Assembly: GCA_951406725.2 (NCBI GenBank)
Contig: OX597814.1
Coordinates: forward strand, 221,774,001 to 221,838,000
Length of the DNA stretch: 64,000 nucleotides
Direction of reading: 5' to 3'
DNA from: Octopus vulgaris
Taxonomy: Eukaryota
Shown here: positions 40,970 through 55,303 of the stretch, piece by piece
Numbering within the stretch: position 1 is the stretch's first letter
Layout of the letters: each line of letters starts with the position of its first letter
The notes under the pieces: model-generated
Seen by the model: only the letters and a program-made list of their open reading frames with translations
The model's database searches: none
What the model was told of the DNA's origin: nothing
Made by a program: the position numbers and the translations under genes

Positions 40970-43900
40970 AAAGCAATCAAATAAACAAATCACCAAAACA
41001 ATTAAAACCATCCACTCTCGCCTCAACATTTCTGCTTAATGCCCAAGGCATCAGCCCTTCCACCAATACACAAAAATGGAAGATAAGATTCCTGGAGGAC
41101 TGGGTCGAGGCCCATCCAAACCACATCCCTTTCTTCGTCCTCACTGAAACCCATCTTAGTGACCTCCACTTGGAAGCCGAGGTGAAAGTTAAAAATTTCA
41201 AAACCATTCGTGCTGATCGTGTTGGCAGAAGAAAGGGTGGGACTGCCATTTATGTCCATGATTCATTCTCAACAGAAGCCATGAACATATTTTCGAATGG
41301 ATACTGCGAAGCAGTCGCTGTATTCAGTCAAACCAACAACTTAACAGTAGTTGGGCTCTACAGACCACCCCAAACGCCCCTACCATGCTTCAAGGAATGC
41401 CTCAACAGCATAAAGTGTTTCATTCAGCAGTGTCAACCTGACAACATTTTAATGATGGGAGATTTCAACCTTCCCGGGGTTGACTGGTCTACAAACAGTC
41501 TGCCGCCAGGTTCTTCTCTCTCAACCCCTGACAGGGAGGCAGTGGAATCGCTTCTTGACTTCATGGATGACTTCTTCTTGTCCCAACTGGTACTCGAACC
41601 AACGAGATGTCACAAAAACGTCTTAGACTTAATTTTCAGCAATCACACTGATACTATCCACAATATTGCAGTGGAGAAAACCCTACTCTCCGACCATGAC
41701 ATGGTTCTCTGTGATCTGAGATTTCACTGGCCAAAATGCAAAACAAATGTCATCCCTCCTGTTCATCCATTTGACACTATGGATTTCCACAATGCAAACT
41801 GGGAAGCGATCAATAATGATCTTGCACAAGTCGATTGGTCCTTCACGCACACATACACACCCACTAACATCAAAAAGTCCTGGCAGTCACTTGTAGACAC
41901 CATCACGAACATATGTGCAAGACACACCCCATTAAGATCTGCAAACAAATCTAAGTGTCGAATCCCTAGAAATAGAAAATCTCTCATAAGGAAAATTAAA
42001 AGAATCAACAAAAAGATCAACATGCTGAAATACTGTCAACAGCAACACACCAACCTGACTGCCATCTCGTCGCTAGAGATTAAAAAACATAAACTCCAAA
42101 ACAACATGATGTCTATCATCAATAGTCAGCGAAGAGCTGAAGAGGCCTGGGCCATTGAGAAGATCAAACTCAATCCCAAAGTGTTCTTTTCATTTGCAAA
42201 AAAACACAGAGTCACTGGTTCTACTGTTGGCCCTCTGATTGATGAAAATGGTATTCTTCAAGACAATGCCAAAACCATGGGAGAAATATTGCAGAAACAA
42301 TATTGCTCTGTTTTCAGCAATCCTGATATGACTGATCTGGGCTGTATCAGTGATGTTACTCCCCAATACACTTTATCGGACATAACATTTGGCGCTCCTG
42401 ATGTCTTAGCAGCAATAAAGGAAATGAAGCATAATTCAGCAGTAGGTCCCGATAGGTTCCCTGCTTGTGTCTTGAAGATGTGTCAAAACCAACTTGCACC
42501 CCCTCTAGCCAATCTGTGGCGGAACTCATTGGATGCTGGATATATACCAGAAGACCTTCTATCCCAGTCTGTTGTCCCAGTTTTCAAAAAAGGAAACAAA
42601 TCGCTTGCCGTGAATTACCGTCCAATCTCACTCACCTCTCATATCATCAAGGTATTTGAGAGGGTGCTGAGATCGCGTATGACTCACTTCCTTGAGAGTC
42701 ATAATATGCTGAACCCCAACCAGCATGGATTCCGTAATGGGAGAGATTGCCTGACGCAGCTACTGCATCATTTTGATGATATTTTGAGAGCCTTGGGAGA
42801 GGGTTCCAACACTGATGTCATCTACCTTGATTTCAGCAAGGCCTTTGACAGGGTTGATCATAAGATCCTTCTGAGAAAGCTGTCCAATATTGGTGTCACT
42901 GGAAAGCTGCTGCAATGGATCAAGTGCTTCCTCTCTAACAGAACCCAACATGTTGTAGTCGAAGGAGTCAAATCCAGCCCAGCCAAAGTCAGCAGTGGTG
43001 TCCCACAAGGCACTGTGTTGGGCCCACTTCTCTTCATCATCTACATAAATGATATTACTGACACCATCAAACACAGCAACATCAGAACCTTCGCTGATGA
43101 TTCCAAGCTCCAGAAGGTCATCAATGGCGTGGATGACCGAATAAACCTTCAGTCAGACCTACTGGCTGTTGTCCAATGGGCGGAAAAGAATAACATGTTG
43201 CTAAATGAAGACAAATTCGAACTGATCCACTTTGGAAGGGAGGACGCTCTGAAACTCCCATACTCTCTTCCTTCTGGAGAAATTCTCATGGCATCCAACA
43301 ACATCAGAGACCTGGGAGTAACAGTGGACAACAACATAAGCTGGGCTACACATATAAGCAGCAAAGTTGACATGACCCGACAGAATGTGTTCCTGGATTC
43401 TCAGAACCTTCCAGTCGAGAGATTCCCACGCTATTATCCTTCTCTTCTCCACTTTTGCCCGACCCCACCTTGAATACTGCTGTCCACTGTGGTCTCCCTA
43501 CACAAAACAAAATATTATGAGAATTGAAGCTCCCCAAAGGTCAATCACAAAAAAGATAGATGGCATGTCAGACCTTGACTACTGGGGTAGACTAGAGAAG
43601 CTGAAATTGTATTCACTCCAACGACGCCGTGAACGCTACATTATCTGTATGATGTGGAAAATATTCCATCAGCACTGTCCGAATGATGTTGGCATCACCT
43701 TCAAAATGCATCCAAGGCTTGGACCACGTGCCATCCGTCCACAACAAAAATCTAAATCGCATCACATAACGACAATACGGCACAACTATTTCACCTCAAT
43801 TGGACCCGCTCTCTTCAACATTACACCAGGACACGTCAAAAAAGAAACTGACCACACAAAATTCAAGAAGTCTTTGGACAAATTCCTTCAAACAGTACCG

Positions 43901-43978
43901 GACAAACCATCCACACCCGGATATGTCTCCGCAAACAATAACTCTCTGCTCGAATGGGCCTTGGTGCCCAAATCCTGA
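40960..43978 (+). pseudogene. LINE ORF2: APE endonuclease plus reverse transcriptase, one frameshift near 43380
   Basis: LTETHL, YRPP, GDFN, LDLIF, SDH; YRPISLTS, QHGFR, YLDFSKAFD, GVPQGTVLGP, FADD; C-terminus (RPHLEYCCPLWSP...LQRRRER) continues in 43385-43978. Confidence 0.95.
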
Positions 43979-44063
43979 ACTGAAAGACTTCGCCAGGTGG
44001 TGCTATTAAGTTAGACATGGCCTGGGCCAATACTGGCCAAAAACCTTTCTAAGTTATTCTAAG

Positions 44064-44196
<133 letters not shown>

Positions 44197-47066
44197 ATAT
44201 ATATATATACACACATCAGTTAAAGTATACAATATTATATATCAATTTCAACCGATCTTAACAAGCGGTTTCGTATCAAACATTAGATAGCAGACTGTTA
44301 TCAGATTCACGCTTCACATGCCCCTCGGAGATGGCAGGTATGGGAAAGTAAGAAAAAATTCTATTACCAGAAAGTGAGTGACTATTGATTGAAAACTTTG
44401 TCGTTAGGCCAGCAAGTTAGGATACGAGGTTAAGTCGACCATTCAACTGGTACCTATTTTATCCATCCCTGAAAGGATTAAAAACAAAGGCGACCTTGGC
44501 CGCATTTGAACTCAGAAGAACAGAGAGAGAATATTGATAATCCTAAACATGGCACATCACAATAGTAATTCTGTTCAGTTGTCCGGATATAACTGTTACA
44601 ACCACAACTGATGGTCCAAATAAATGGAGATATGAACGGCAGGGATCCTTGAATGCCTAATCTGTAGTAGCAAATGAGACTGCGATCGGGGAAGTGATGA
44701 ATGCAGAGCGAAGATGTGAGGCTGGGATAGGGAGTGAAAATCCACTTGTATATTAAGAAGCTCAACAGTTTTCAATTGACCTCAGTCGTTAACCGATTTG
44801 TATTAATCCTAAAGACTTCTGAATGACTCTGAACGTATATTGAGATAATTTTTTCTTTAGTGCTAGCGGAAGATAAGGAAGAAACGCCCAAGGCAATTAG
44901 AAACACACTTGAATAGAATTTCTTGAAGACTGAAGTTTATATTTCTAGTTGGATGGAGGTATCTTAATGCAACTCATCTCTTATTCAATAAAAACATCAT
45001 ATGCACACCTAAATATAAAGGTAACTTCTGTAGTTTCCGTCTAATTCTTTTTGCATCGATTTCTTTACCATGCAATAGCTTAACGTGGTTGCTTGAAGAA
45101 AACAATTACTTTGCACGCAGTCTTCTTTGATTGATTTGACTACATGTATATCCACAGTTAGGTTGATGTTAACAACATTAATGCATGGAAAATTTAAGAA
45201 AAGGAAACAAGAAATAAGTATCCGAAGAGAAAGAATGATTACAACTCAATGGCTAATATTTTCAGCTTCCCAACAAGTTCAAGTGACAACTTCATACATT
45301 TTCCAATATCATTCTGAGTTCATTGATGAAGTATAGCCTGTATTGCACATGCCGAGATATGATGAAAGAACCATTATGTAAATGTACATGCTCTTTACTT
45401 CACATTCTTAACGTCTTTCCCCATATCATCCCTCACCGTACCTTTCTATAACTTTTGCATATCAAAAGCATCAGTTGAATATTTTATTACTGCCACAATG
45501 AATTCAGAATCTCTTTGTATTTCACTTCCATTCAATAAGAGCCGAAAATGTGTTTCACTCGTGAGTCAGCAAAAACACCCGAAGGAATCACCGATACCAT
45601 CTTCCTGCTGCCGTAATATGAACCCTTTCACACCGTTCAGTTTAATCGAGGCTCATAACATTCGGGCGTCCATGATGTTCACTCGTAGCTGTGTTAAAGT
45701 TGTACAACTGGTCTGCAATGACTCAAACATCTGGAGGGAACTTCAAACATCTGGAGGGAAATGTTTCTGTATCTTTGCATGATTTACAATATAAACTTTC
45801 GAAAAACAAATGATGTATTCGTACTGGACCACATGCAAGGATTCTCATCCACCAAATAATATTGAGAAATTTAACTTTGCAGCCTCCATTCGCCTACCAC
45901 TCATGAACTAAGATAGATTCGTACGTTTTACTTACTTTTACATAAACTTCAACATACACAATATACTCCTTCAAAATTTTGTTTCACCGCTTCACCTCTC
46001 TCTCATTCTCGTACACACTGTACAACTGTCTCTGTCAAACTCTCAACTTTGACCTGTTTAAAATATTTTCAAGAGAAAGTTTTCGATTCTGGTTTCGGAT
46101 AAAGAAGACTGTGGGAACAAATTTAGCAATGTTTGGCAAAATATTAACCCTTTTGCCAAGTTATAACAAAAAGTTAGTGAAATATTTAAAATGTTTACAG
46201 TTGGATAAATAGACAAATATAACCAAATAACTTGACAAAAAATGTGAATTTTCAATTATTTTCTGAGATTTTACAAAAACAACAAAAATATTATAATGTA
46301 GGACTGACTCAGACCATGAGTCTTTAATTACTCTTAAAGAAATGTATTTTAAGATTTATGCAAGACTGAAAAATTACCGATGATCTTTCGTGAACAACTC
46401 AAGTAAATAAAAATACCAAACGCTGGCAATGCTGCATCTACTGACACGCAGGAAATAATTTTCAAAACTCCTCTACACGTCTCAGCATTGTTCTCGTAAG
46501 ACTACTTGCACGATTCAGCATCCAAACACAAGCTTTTGGGATGACTAATAGATATTAATGTGCCATATAATGTCGCATCTACTTCATAAATGTAATGTTG
46601 ATTCTGTATCTTTACAGACATTACTAAATGACCTCTGATCATCTGAACTTGTCTGATATACTCATCCTCGACGCCATCACCTCATCTGATGCATTCATTA
46701 CTTTCTTTCAGTTGCCATCTCTCCTATGTCTCATTTCACAAATTCCCAATGCAACCGTTTGCTAAATCAATCCTCCACAGAGCTTCACCATCCTGAAAAC
46801 CCCTAATTTCCGCATTGGCTCCCACTTACAAAGAAACCAAATTGAACATTCACCAGTTTGATCTTAGAAAATATACAAAGTTCACAACATCGTTTTTCTT
46901 CTCCTTGTCTTACCCCCCCCCCTATTTCTCTGACGAATTTAAGGTAATAAAATATATTTTACCTTTTCAAATGTTTAAACATTCACAAATACCTAGTAAT
47001 TTTCCACTCTTTTAGTGAGAGAACATTTGATAGTTGTTTTATTTATCATTATTATTATTATTATTA

Positions 47067-47099
<33 letters not shown>

Positions 47100-47106
<7 letters not shown>

Positions 47107-47345
47107 AGTTATCACCATACTAATATGGCAGTCTATAAATATAAGACTAAAGCTGTCGCTGATTAGCTCCAAGAGGCCATCGCCTCTAGCTAGCTATATG
47201 ACACACGAACCTGCGTCCATTACAACCTTCAAACAGGGGAGGTCAGCCACTTCACCTTGCTAGTCAGACATCTGCAGACATGTTTCAGGGTTGTTGCCCT
47301 TTATATTTATAGACTGCCATATTAGTATGGCGATAACTATTAATA
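47100..47345 (-). mobile_element. Small fold-back insert with the 3' half of a hammerhead, in (ATT)n
   Basis: ~44-bp inverted repeat 47100-47143 / 47301-47345; minus strand AGGG CAACAA CCCT-GAAA-CATG-TC (47276-47300) truncated at the inversion junction. Confidence 0.6.
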
Positions 47346-47399
47346 TCCAGTAACGCTGCCGTAATCTCCTTTAGAGAGACTTAGTAATTTTAATATTTC

Positions 47400-47453
<54 letters not shown>

Positions 47454-48004
47454 CATTATTATTATTATTTTTCTTTACCTTCCCTATGTAGGCATGAATC
47501 CTAAGTTTTTTTTTAGGAAAGGAAATACTGAAAGATTATACCGAGGTCATTCCGCTGAGAATGGCAATACTAGCAGCAATCACCGTACAAGCTAACATTA
47601 AAATGAGGTCATTAAATCAAACTGCTGAGAAAATTTATTTATTACAACGTTCACAATTTACTAAAATAAAAGTGAAACCGCCCTACTAATAGTTTTTTGA
47701 ATACGCTTGTCAGATATGTGAGAAAATTATATTTATTGTTAATGAGGAAAGCTCCACATGCTCGATCTAACTGTTTGAAATAAAGACGAACCGCCCTCAA
47801 ATCACAACCTACCGTCGTAACAAAAAAAGAACAATACAATGAATGATGTAGCTCTGAATTTGTAACACCTTAGAAATAAATATTTTAGTTGGCGTCTACC
47901 GCGCAGCTTAGCAGGAATAAACAAACAATAAGAATAAAGCAATGGTTCATTTTGACTGAAAGAAAATAGCAAGAAGAAATGTCAGCACATCTAGGGCCAT
48001 CAAA

Positions 48005-48400
48005 GCAAGCGCACACATATGCACACACACACACACACACAAGCCCACCACACACACAAGCCCACCACACACAAAACAAACACACGCATACAAACGCACA
48101 CACGCAAAGACACACACAAGCAGTCAAACACATAAGCACGCGCAAACACACATACACACAAACACACAGAAAAATACACAAACACACAAACACACATAGG
48201 CACACGCAAACAGACACACACATACACACAAACACACAGACAAATACACAAACCCACAAACACACATAGGCACACGCAAACAAACACACACAAACGCACA
48301 CACGCAAACACACACGCAAGCACACAAACACATAAGCACGCGCAAACCCGCGCACACACGCACACACAAACACACACACAAACACACAGGCACACACAAA
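48005..48400. repeat. CA-rich low-complexity degenerate repeat
   Basis: Directly visible. Confidence 0.9.
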
Positions 48401-48496
48401 CGCTACAGCGAAAGAACGAGCATGGGCCTGGTGGCTCAAAGTATTAGAATTAGCATCTAAATTTCCCTTGGATCATATTACATAGGATTTATTAAA

Positions 48497-48935
48497 TCAT
48501 GTAATTGAGGGACGCTCTATCTGGAAGAAACATGGATTATTATGACTAGGATGTCATTGATGGAAGATACTGCATAGTGCCAAGGACTCCAAATTTGCCA
48601 TCAAGATGTAGGACAAGATATTGCGATAGCCTGGGCTTCAGAGGTCCACAGCTCTTCAATATCCTCCCGAAGGACCTGAGAGACCTGCATGGGGTGGATG
48701 CAAATGTCTTTAAAATAAAGCTGGACCTCTTCCTGTCAGGTGTCCCAGATGAACCAACTTCACTGCAGGAGGTGCAGATGAGGGCAGCTGCATCAAACTC
48801 TCTCATGCACCAAATGTCAATTGCTAAAAAGCATTCGTGAAGTAAAATCCTGTAGCAACACCGAATGGCGGTGCCCCAGGATGGCCACAGCTCGTGAGCT
48901 GAAATTAGATGAAATGAAATGAAAGGAAAATGAAA
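48497..48935 (+). mobile_element. CR1-group LINE 3' fragment, second family
   Basis: RGPQLFNILP..LR...FKIKLDLFLSGVPDEP...SNSL parallels the 43385-43978 C-terminus; (TGAAA)n tail. Confidence 0.85.
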
Positions 48936-49872
48936 ATATGCACAATCGGAGCTTAGCATCACTGAGATCAAAAACCAATATGTCCTTGATCCACCTGTTC
49001 AAAAATAGCAGCAGTTCACTCTTAAATAATATTGCTTACCGTCTTCAGAGTCGATACACAGTTGACGATACAATCATAGATGTGAAATAACGGAGAGCTG
49101 CTGGAATACATTTCCGTCATAGAAAAGTTCGCTGCTGGAATACGTTTCGTCATAGGTTTACTTTGTCTTTATCTAACCGAGGGTTAAATAGCAAAACTAA
49201 CACAGACACAAACAAAATAAAAAAGAACAATACGCACCAATAATAAGTAAATACACGTTCTCTATTGTATTCAATCAGCCATTTTACTTCTACTGACTCG
49301 TCAACAGGACGCATTTGATCGACTTTTTAATGTATAAAATACGGAGTAGATGATGTCCGCTAAATGGAGACATAAAATAGAATACATAGCATGAATGAAC
49401 AAAGCATGAGGTTTTTCATGTTAGTGCAAATGTTCTGTCTGTCTAACGTCTGCATCTATTCAGTCCTTGCGCATTAATGGTTTGAGATTCTAGTGAATGA
49501 TTATAATTGATTTAAAAAATGTAATGGCCAAAAGTTAAGATCGTAAAGTTTGTAATTAATAATTTTAATTATTGTAATATTTTTTGGTATTTTAGCAAAT
49601 GTATTTTGCAATTTTATTAAACATTATTAAATTTCACAAACTGAATATATTTCATGAATTTTCATTCAGTAGTATGTGTGAGTGAATGCATGTATGTGTT
49701 CGTATGCGTGTGTATATATACGAATATGTGTGTGTAAGTGTGTGTGTGTATGCATGTATGTATATAAGCATACCTTGGAACTTAAAATTTATACGCACAA
49801 AGAAACATCCTCTGCATAGAATACACCCAGCCGCCCACACACATAACCAGCTCTTTACGTACATATATGTGC

Positions 49873-49934
<62 letters not shown>

Positions 49935-50405
49935 GTACAGAGAGAGAGAGAGAAAAAGAAAAAAGAAAGAAAGAAAGAAAGAGAGAGAGACGGAGAGAGG
50001 TATATAGTTGAAAGAGTGGCGGAACTAGAGTGAAACTGATATATGTATGGAATACAAATGGAATGAACAGGTTTTAATCACAAACCGCAACAATTGTTTC
50101 TGTGCATTGGTAATTGTTAGTTTTTGAGTTTTCTATATCATACTGTTATGTAAATGTTATATAAATAAATATGATCTAATGGTAGCTGTGTACACGCACG
50201 TCATCAGGTGAATGTCTTTGAGAGCACTGCTGGATCGAGTCCTGTTTCCTATTGTTTTATAGGCATATGCGATGTTTAGCATTCCCTCGATAAAGAGTAA
50301 CACACAGATTCAAATGGATATGTCGTAATGAGAGGAAAAAACTAAATATATATATATATATCACAAAATAATAGATCAAAATAAACATTGGAAACGAAAA
50401 TCAAT

Positions 50406-50522
<117 letters not shown>

Positions 50523-50574
50523 GTATTTAGGAATGGTCATTTTGCCAGTTTACCCATATATATATAAATTAACT

Positions 50575-51520
50575 CATCATCATCATCATCATCATTTAAC
50601 GTCCGCTCTCCATGCTAGTATGGGTTGGACGGTTCAACTGGTGTCTGGGGAGCCTGAAGGCTACCAGGCCAGTCAGATCTGGCAGTGTTTCTACAGCTGG
50701 ATGCCCTTCCTAACGCCAACCACTCCGAGAGTGTAGTGGGTGATTTTATGTGCCACCGACACAGGTGCCAGACGAGGCTGGCGAACGGCCACGCTCGGAT
50801 GGTGTTTTTATGTGCCACCGACACAGGTGCCAGACAAGGCTGGCAGACGACCACGCTCGGATGGTGTTTTTTATGTGCCACCGACACAGGTGCCAGACGA
50901 GGCTGGCGAACGGCCACGCTTGGATGGTGTTTTTATGTGCCACCGACACAGGTGCCAGACGAGGCTGGCGAACGGCCACACTCGGATGGTGTTTTTATGT
51001 GCCACCGACACAGGTGCCAGACAAGGCTAGCAGACGACCACGCTCGGATGGTGTTTTTTGTGCCACCGACACAGGTGCCAGACGAGGCTGGCGAACGGCC
51101 ACGCTCGGATGGTGTTTTTATGTGCCACCGACACAGGTGCCAGACAAGACTAGCAGACGACCACGCTCGGATGGTGTTTTTATGTGCCACCGACACAGGT
51201 GCCAGACGAGGCTGGCGAACGGCCACGCTCGGATGGTGTTTTTATGTGCCACCGACACAGGTGCCAGACAAGGCTAGCAGACGACCACGCTCGGATGGTG
51301 TTTTTTTTATGTGCCACCGACACAGGTGCCAGACGAGGCTGGCGAACGGCCACGCTCGGATGGTGTTTTTATGTGCCACCGACACAGGTGCCAGACAAGG
51401 CTAGCAGACGACCACGCTCGGATGGTGTTTTTTTATGTGCCACCGACACAGGAGCCATATTAGGCTGGCGATCGGCCACGATTGGATGGTGATTGTTACG
51501 TGCCCACAGCATGGAGGGCA
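50575..51520 (-). mobile_element. RTE-type 3' UTR or derived SINE with internal tandem expansion
   Basis: (CAT)n tail at left; 50590-50745 is reverse-complementary to the RTE 3' UTR at 28170-28310. Confidence 0.75.
50749..51500. repeat. ~62-bp minisatellite, 12 units, two alternating variants
   Basis: Units start at 50749, 50811, 50874, 50936, 50998, 51059, 51121, 51183, 51245, 51310, 51372 and 51436. Confidence 0.95.
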
Positions 51521-51604
51521 CGTAACTATATATAAAAATTAACCAAACCTAAAATTCGGTCTTTTTTAATCGTAAACATATTTCCGCTTTTGTAAATATC
51601 CCTT

Positions 51605-52001
51605 TGGAGTGGCTGTGTGGTAAGTAGCTTGTCTACCAACCACATGGTACCGGGTTCAGTCCCACTGCGTGGAACCTTGGGCAGGTGTCTTCTACTATAG
51701 CCTCGGGCCGACCAAAGCCTTGTGAGTGGATTTGGTAGACGGAAACTGAAAGAAGCCCGTCGTATATATGTATATATATATGCGTGTGTGTTTGTGTGTG
51801 TGTGTTTGTCCCCTAGCATTGCTTGACAACCGATGCTGGTGTGTTTATGTCCCCGTTACTTAGCGGTTCGGCAAAAGAGACCGATAGAATAAGTACTGGG
51901 CTTACAAAAGAATAAGTCCCGGGGTCGAGTTGCTCGATTAAAGGCGGTGCTCCAACATGGCCGCAGTCAAATGACTGAAACAAGTAAAAGAGTTAAAGAG
52001 T
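51605..52001 (+). mobile_element. SINE family 1, full length, young
   Basis: TGGCTGTGTGG A box, GGTTCAGTCCC B box, CORE-like CCTTGGGCAGGTGTCTT, (TA)/(TG) spacer, AGTAAAAGAGTTAAAGAG tail. Confidence 0.9.
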
Positions 52002-52194
52002 ATACCCATCTACATACGCACATACATACACGATACAACTACAGGATCATAGATACATGCAAATTATAACACTTATCACATAATCCACACAATTCAGATA
52101 CACAACAATACAATTTCGCTTTTGTAAGTAATCACTGAATTTTAAGTATATCTTTGAGTAAATACAAGATTGAAATCTTATTGAATATTATATA

Positions 52195-52496
52195 TCTTTA
52201 TATATAAAAGTGAAGTTGTGTGGGTGTCTGTCTCCGACGATTTAGATTCCTAACTACTCCCACATTTTGCGGTGCAGTTTAACCAAAAGCGGGTATCTTA
52301 TAGTCGTGATTCATATCGAGCCCTTCTGGGTATTAGCGCGCCTCTACGATCTGTCTACGATTTAAAATAAAAATTGCCATCGTTTCTTCCCATTTTTAAT
52401 GCATTTTTTGCTATTATATAAGGGAAGTAACTCTCTAAAAATGCTTATATAGTTATTTCCCTAACAAACCCGAGCAACGCCGGGCAATACTGCTAG
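52195..52496 (+). mobile_element. Non-autonomous Helitron
   Basis: A|TC start, CCCGAGCAACGCCGGG hairpin, CTAG|T end. Confidence 0.9.
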
Positions 52497-53062
52497 TTAT
52501 TTCTAAATTCCAAAATGAGCTTTTAAACTCATGGTTACATGATAAAATAATCTCCTAGCGTTTGTTTATTATTTTATCTGTACATAATATTATTTCAAGT
52601 GTTCCTTCCAGGCTGAGTTTACCTGGCCTGCTTTTGAGTATAGTCATTTGATGTTGCATTTCGTAGTATCGACAAATTAGTGCTGAGATGTATTTCTGTC
52701 CATTTGACGTCCTAGACGTGATCTGCGAGTGACGTGTGCTGTGTCTTGCATATCATGAGGAAATGTTTCAGTATGGTTTCTCCAGCGGTCCTTGAAGATC
52801 TTCCTTGTTATACCTATATATGCATATGTATGTGCACTTGTTTTATAGTACATTTATATATAATGATTCTACGTTTTAGTCATCCTCCAAAGGACATGCA
52901 TTCTTATGTCTACAGTTCCATCTTCTATATTATTGTTTGTAAGCAGGTCTCCTCTTGTATTCGATTTTATATCTTTCTTCTTATTGTGATTATTATTTCT
53001 ATTACTTTTATTTCCGTTATTTTCAGTGCCATTATTCACCATGCTATTATTATTTTTACCCA

Positions 53063-53485
53063 TTAAGGCGGCGAGCAGGCAGAATCATGAGCACGCCGGA
53101 CGCACGCTTAGAGGAGTTCTGTTCGTTTTTACGTTATGAGATAAAATTTCACCTTCCAACCTTTTGGTTTCAATAAAATAACCACCAGGCGAGTACTGGG
53201 GTTGATGTAATCAACTGCCTCTTCCCCCAACTTTGCTGGCCTTAATTTACAATCTTAAGTAGTATTTACTTTAAGGTGGCGAGATGGCAGAATCGTTAGC
53301 ATGCTGCGAAAATTGCTTACTGGCATTTCACCTGTCTTTAGGTTCTGCCTTCAAATTTCACAAAGGTTGACTTTATTTTTCAGCTTTTCGGGTCGATAAA
53401 TTAAGTACCAGTTGCATTCTGGGGTCGAACTAATCGACTGACCCGGTCCCCCAAAATTTAATTCCATGTTCTTATAGTAGAAAGG
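53063..53485 (+). mobile_element. Two tandem SINE family 3 copies
   Basis: TAAGGCGGCGAGCAGGCAGAATC at ~53063 and TAAGGTGGCGAGATGGCAGAATC at ~53271; GTCGATAAATTAAGTACCAG core. Confidence 0.75.
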
Positions 53486-54224
53486 ATCATTAATTTTATC
53501 CTGTTCCAGTTGCTACTCCTATTATTTATGCTAATATTAATATTTGTACTCATATCAGAATCATCCAGACACTTATGGTTTCGTTCCCCAGCATTATTGT
53601 CTTCCCTGTACCTTGGACATACGTTATTCCAGACGATATTTTTAATTTTGCATAATTTAGTTAATGAATATGGTATTCGAGATTATTTGATATAGCATAT
53701 CACAATTCCACCATAAGTTTTATAATATCTACTATATTCAGGGAAATGTCTGTCTAATGCAGAGCAAAATTCTCTAGCAATTTTAGAAGCTATACGCAAT
53801 CGAATACTGAATTAAACCTTAAAACGCTACCTTTGTTTGATTAATTACTAGGTCACTTCCATCCACAGCTCTCATCGTCCTTCGCCTCCTCCCTACTATC
53901 CTTGAACCTCTTGTGATTACGAAAAAATTACGCCATAGGCAATCTGAAGCATTTCATAAGTTTGTGCGTGGTGAGCTTCCAAACGTTCCGACTGCATTCT
54001 ACAAATTAAACAGCTATGACACGCGATGTTTAACATGGTGAGTTCAAAGTGCTGTTACAGACGTCTTCTTCAATCTGGAATAACATAAGCCGGCAGGTCA
54101 GCTTATTAGGTACATAGCAATGATATACTAAAATTATAATCATCTACAACAGTTATTAACTGCCTCTCCTAAAATGTCTTAAAACCTCTGGAATACACAA
54201 CATGTATTTCTGTTCATACATACA

Positions 54225-54257
<33 letters not shown>

Positions 54258-54439
54258 GCATATGTATTTATATATATATATATATATGTACATACATAAA
54301 TATATGTATATGTGTATATATGTATATATGTATGTATGTACATATATAGTGTATATAGATATATGTATACATATATATGAATATTTGTATGCATATATAT
54401 GTGTTGTATTATATAAAGAAAAACACAGAGACGCGGGGA

Positions 54440-54476
<37 letters not shown>

Positions 54477-55303
54477 ACATGCAATTACTGAAGCACACAT
54501 CAATGTACAAAACATATATGTTTACATAACATACATAGATACACACAGACATAGACACACATCTAAGGGTGTACATGTGCGCGGGTTACATATTCATACA
54601 TACAAACATTTGTGCAAGCGCGGTCTGTTTAAGTTTCCTCATAACTAGTATATTTTGATTAACATACTGAAAACACTTATATATTTTCAAGAACTATTTG
54701 CATACATAAAACCAATTTAGAACATCAATTTAATATAAAGTATTATATTTTATCTACATCTATCTTTATTATAATATATTTAAAGCAACTAAAAAATAAC
54801 TGCATTAGTCTTTGTTCTTGTATACTAATATTTGTCTTGAAATTTGCTTGTTCTACTAAAGATATACTTTTTTAATGGAAACGAATTTTTTATGGATAAT
54901 TTCGAAAAATCTTTTATGCATGTATATATGTGCGTGTGTCTTTGTGTTTGTCCGTACATGTTTGTATATAGACATGGATAGATACACACAAACACACACA
55001 CACACATTTGCATGTGCGCGTATTTATGTGTGTGAGTTTTGACGTCACATGAATTTATAAACTTCGAGAAGGTGAAAAACTTTATTACAATAGTGAATCT
55101 CGAAGGATATAAAGCTATAAATAATCTGCAAATATTGGGTTGACAAAAGAGCTGAGGTTTCGAGCCAGGCGGCCACCTTTTAAATACAGTATTTACACGC
55201 TGTTATGTATAGCTGTATCTCCTCCGAGATTCAGAGTTGCAAAAAAGAATTGTAGGTGTTATAGACATATACACACATACATGCATGCATATGAAAATAT
55301 GTA

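Noticed and set aside
50749-51500. CRISPR-like array
   Set aside because: No unique spacers, only two alternating variants; eukaryotic context; no cas genes.
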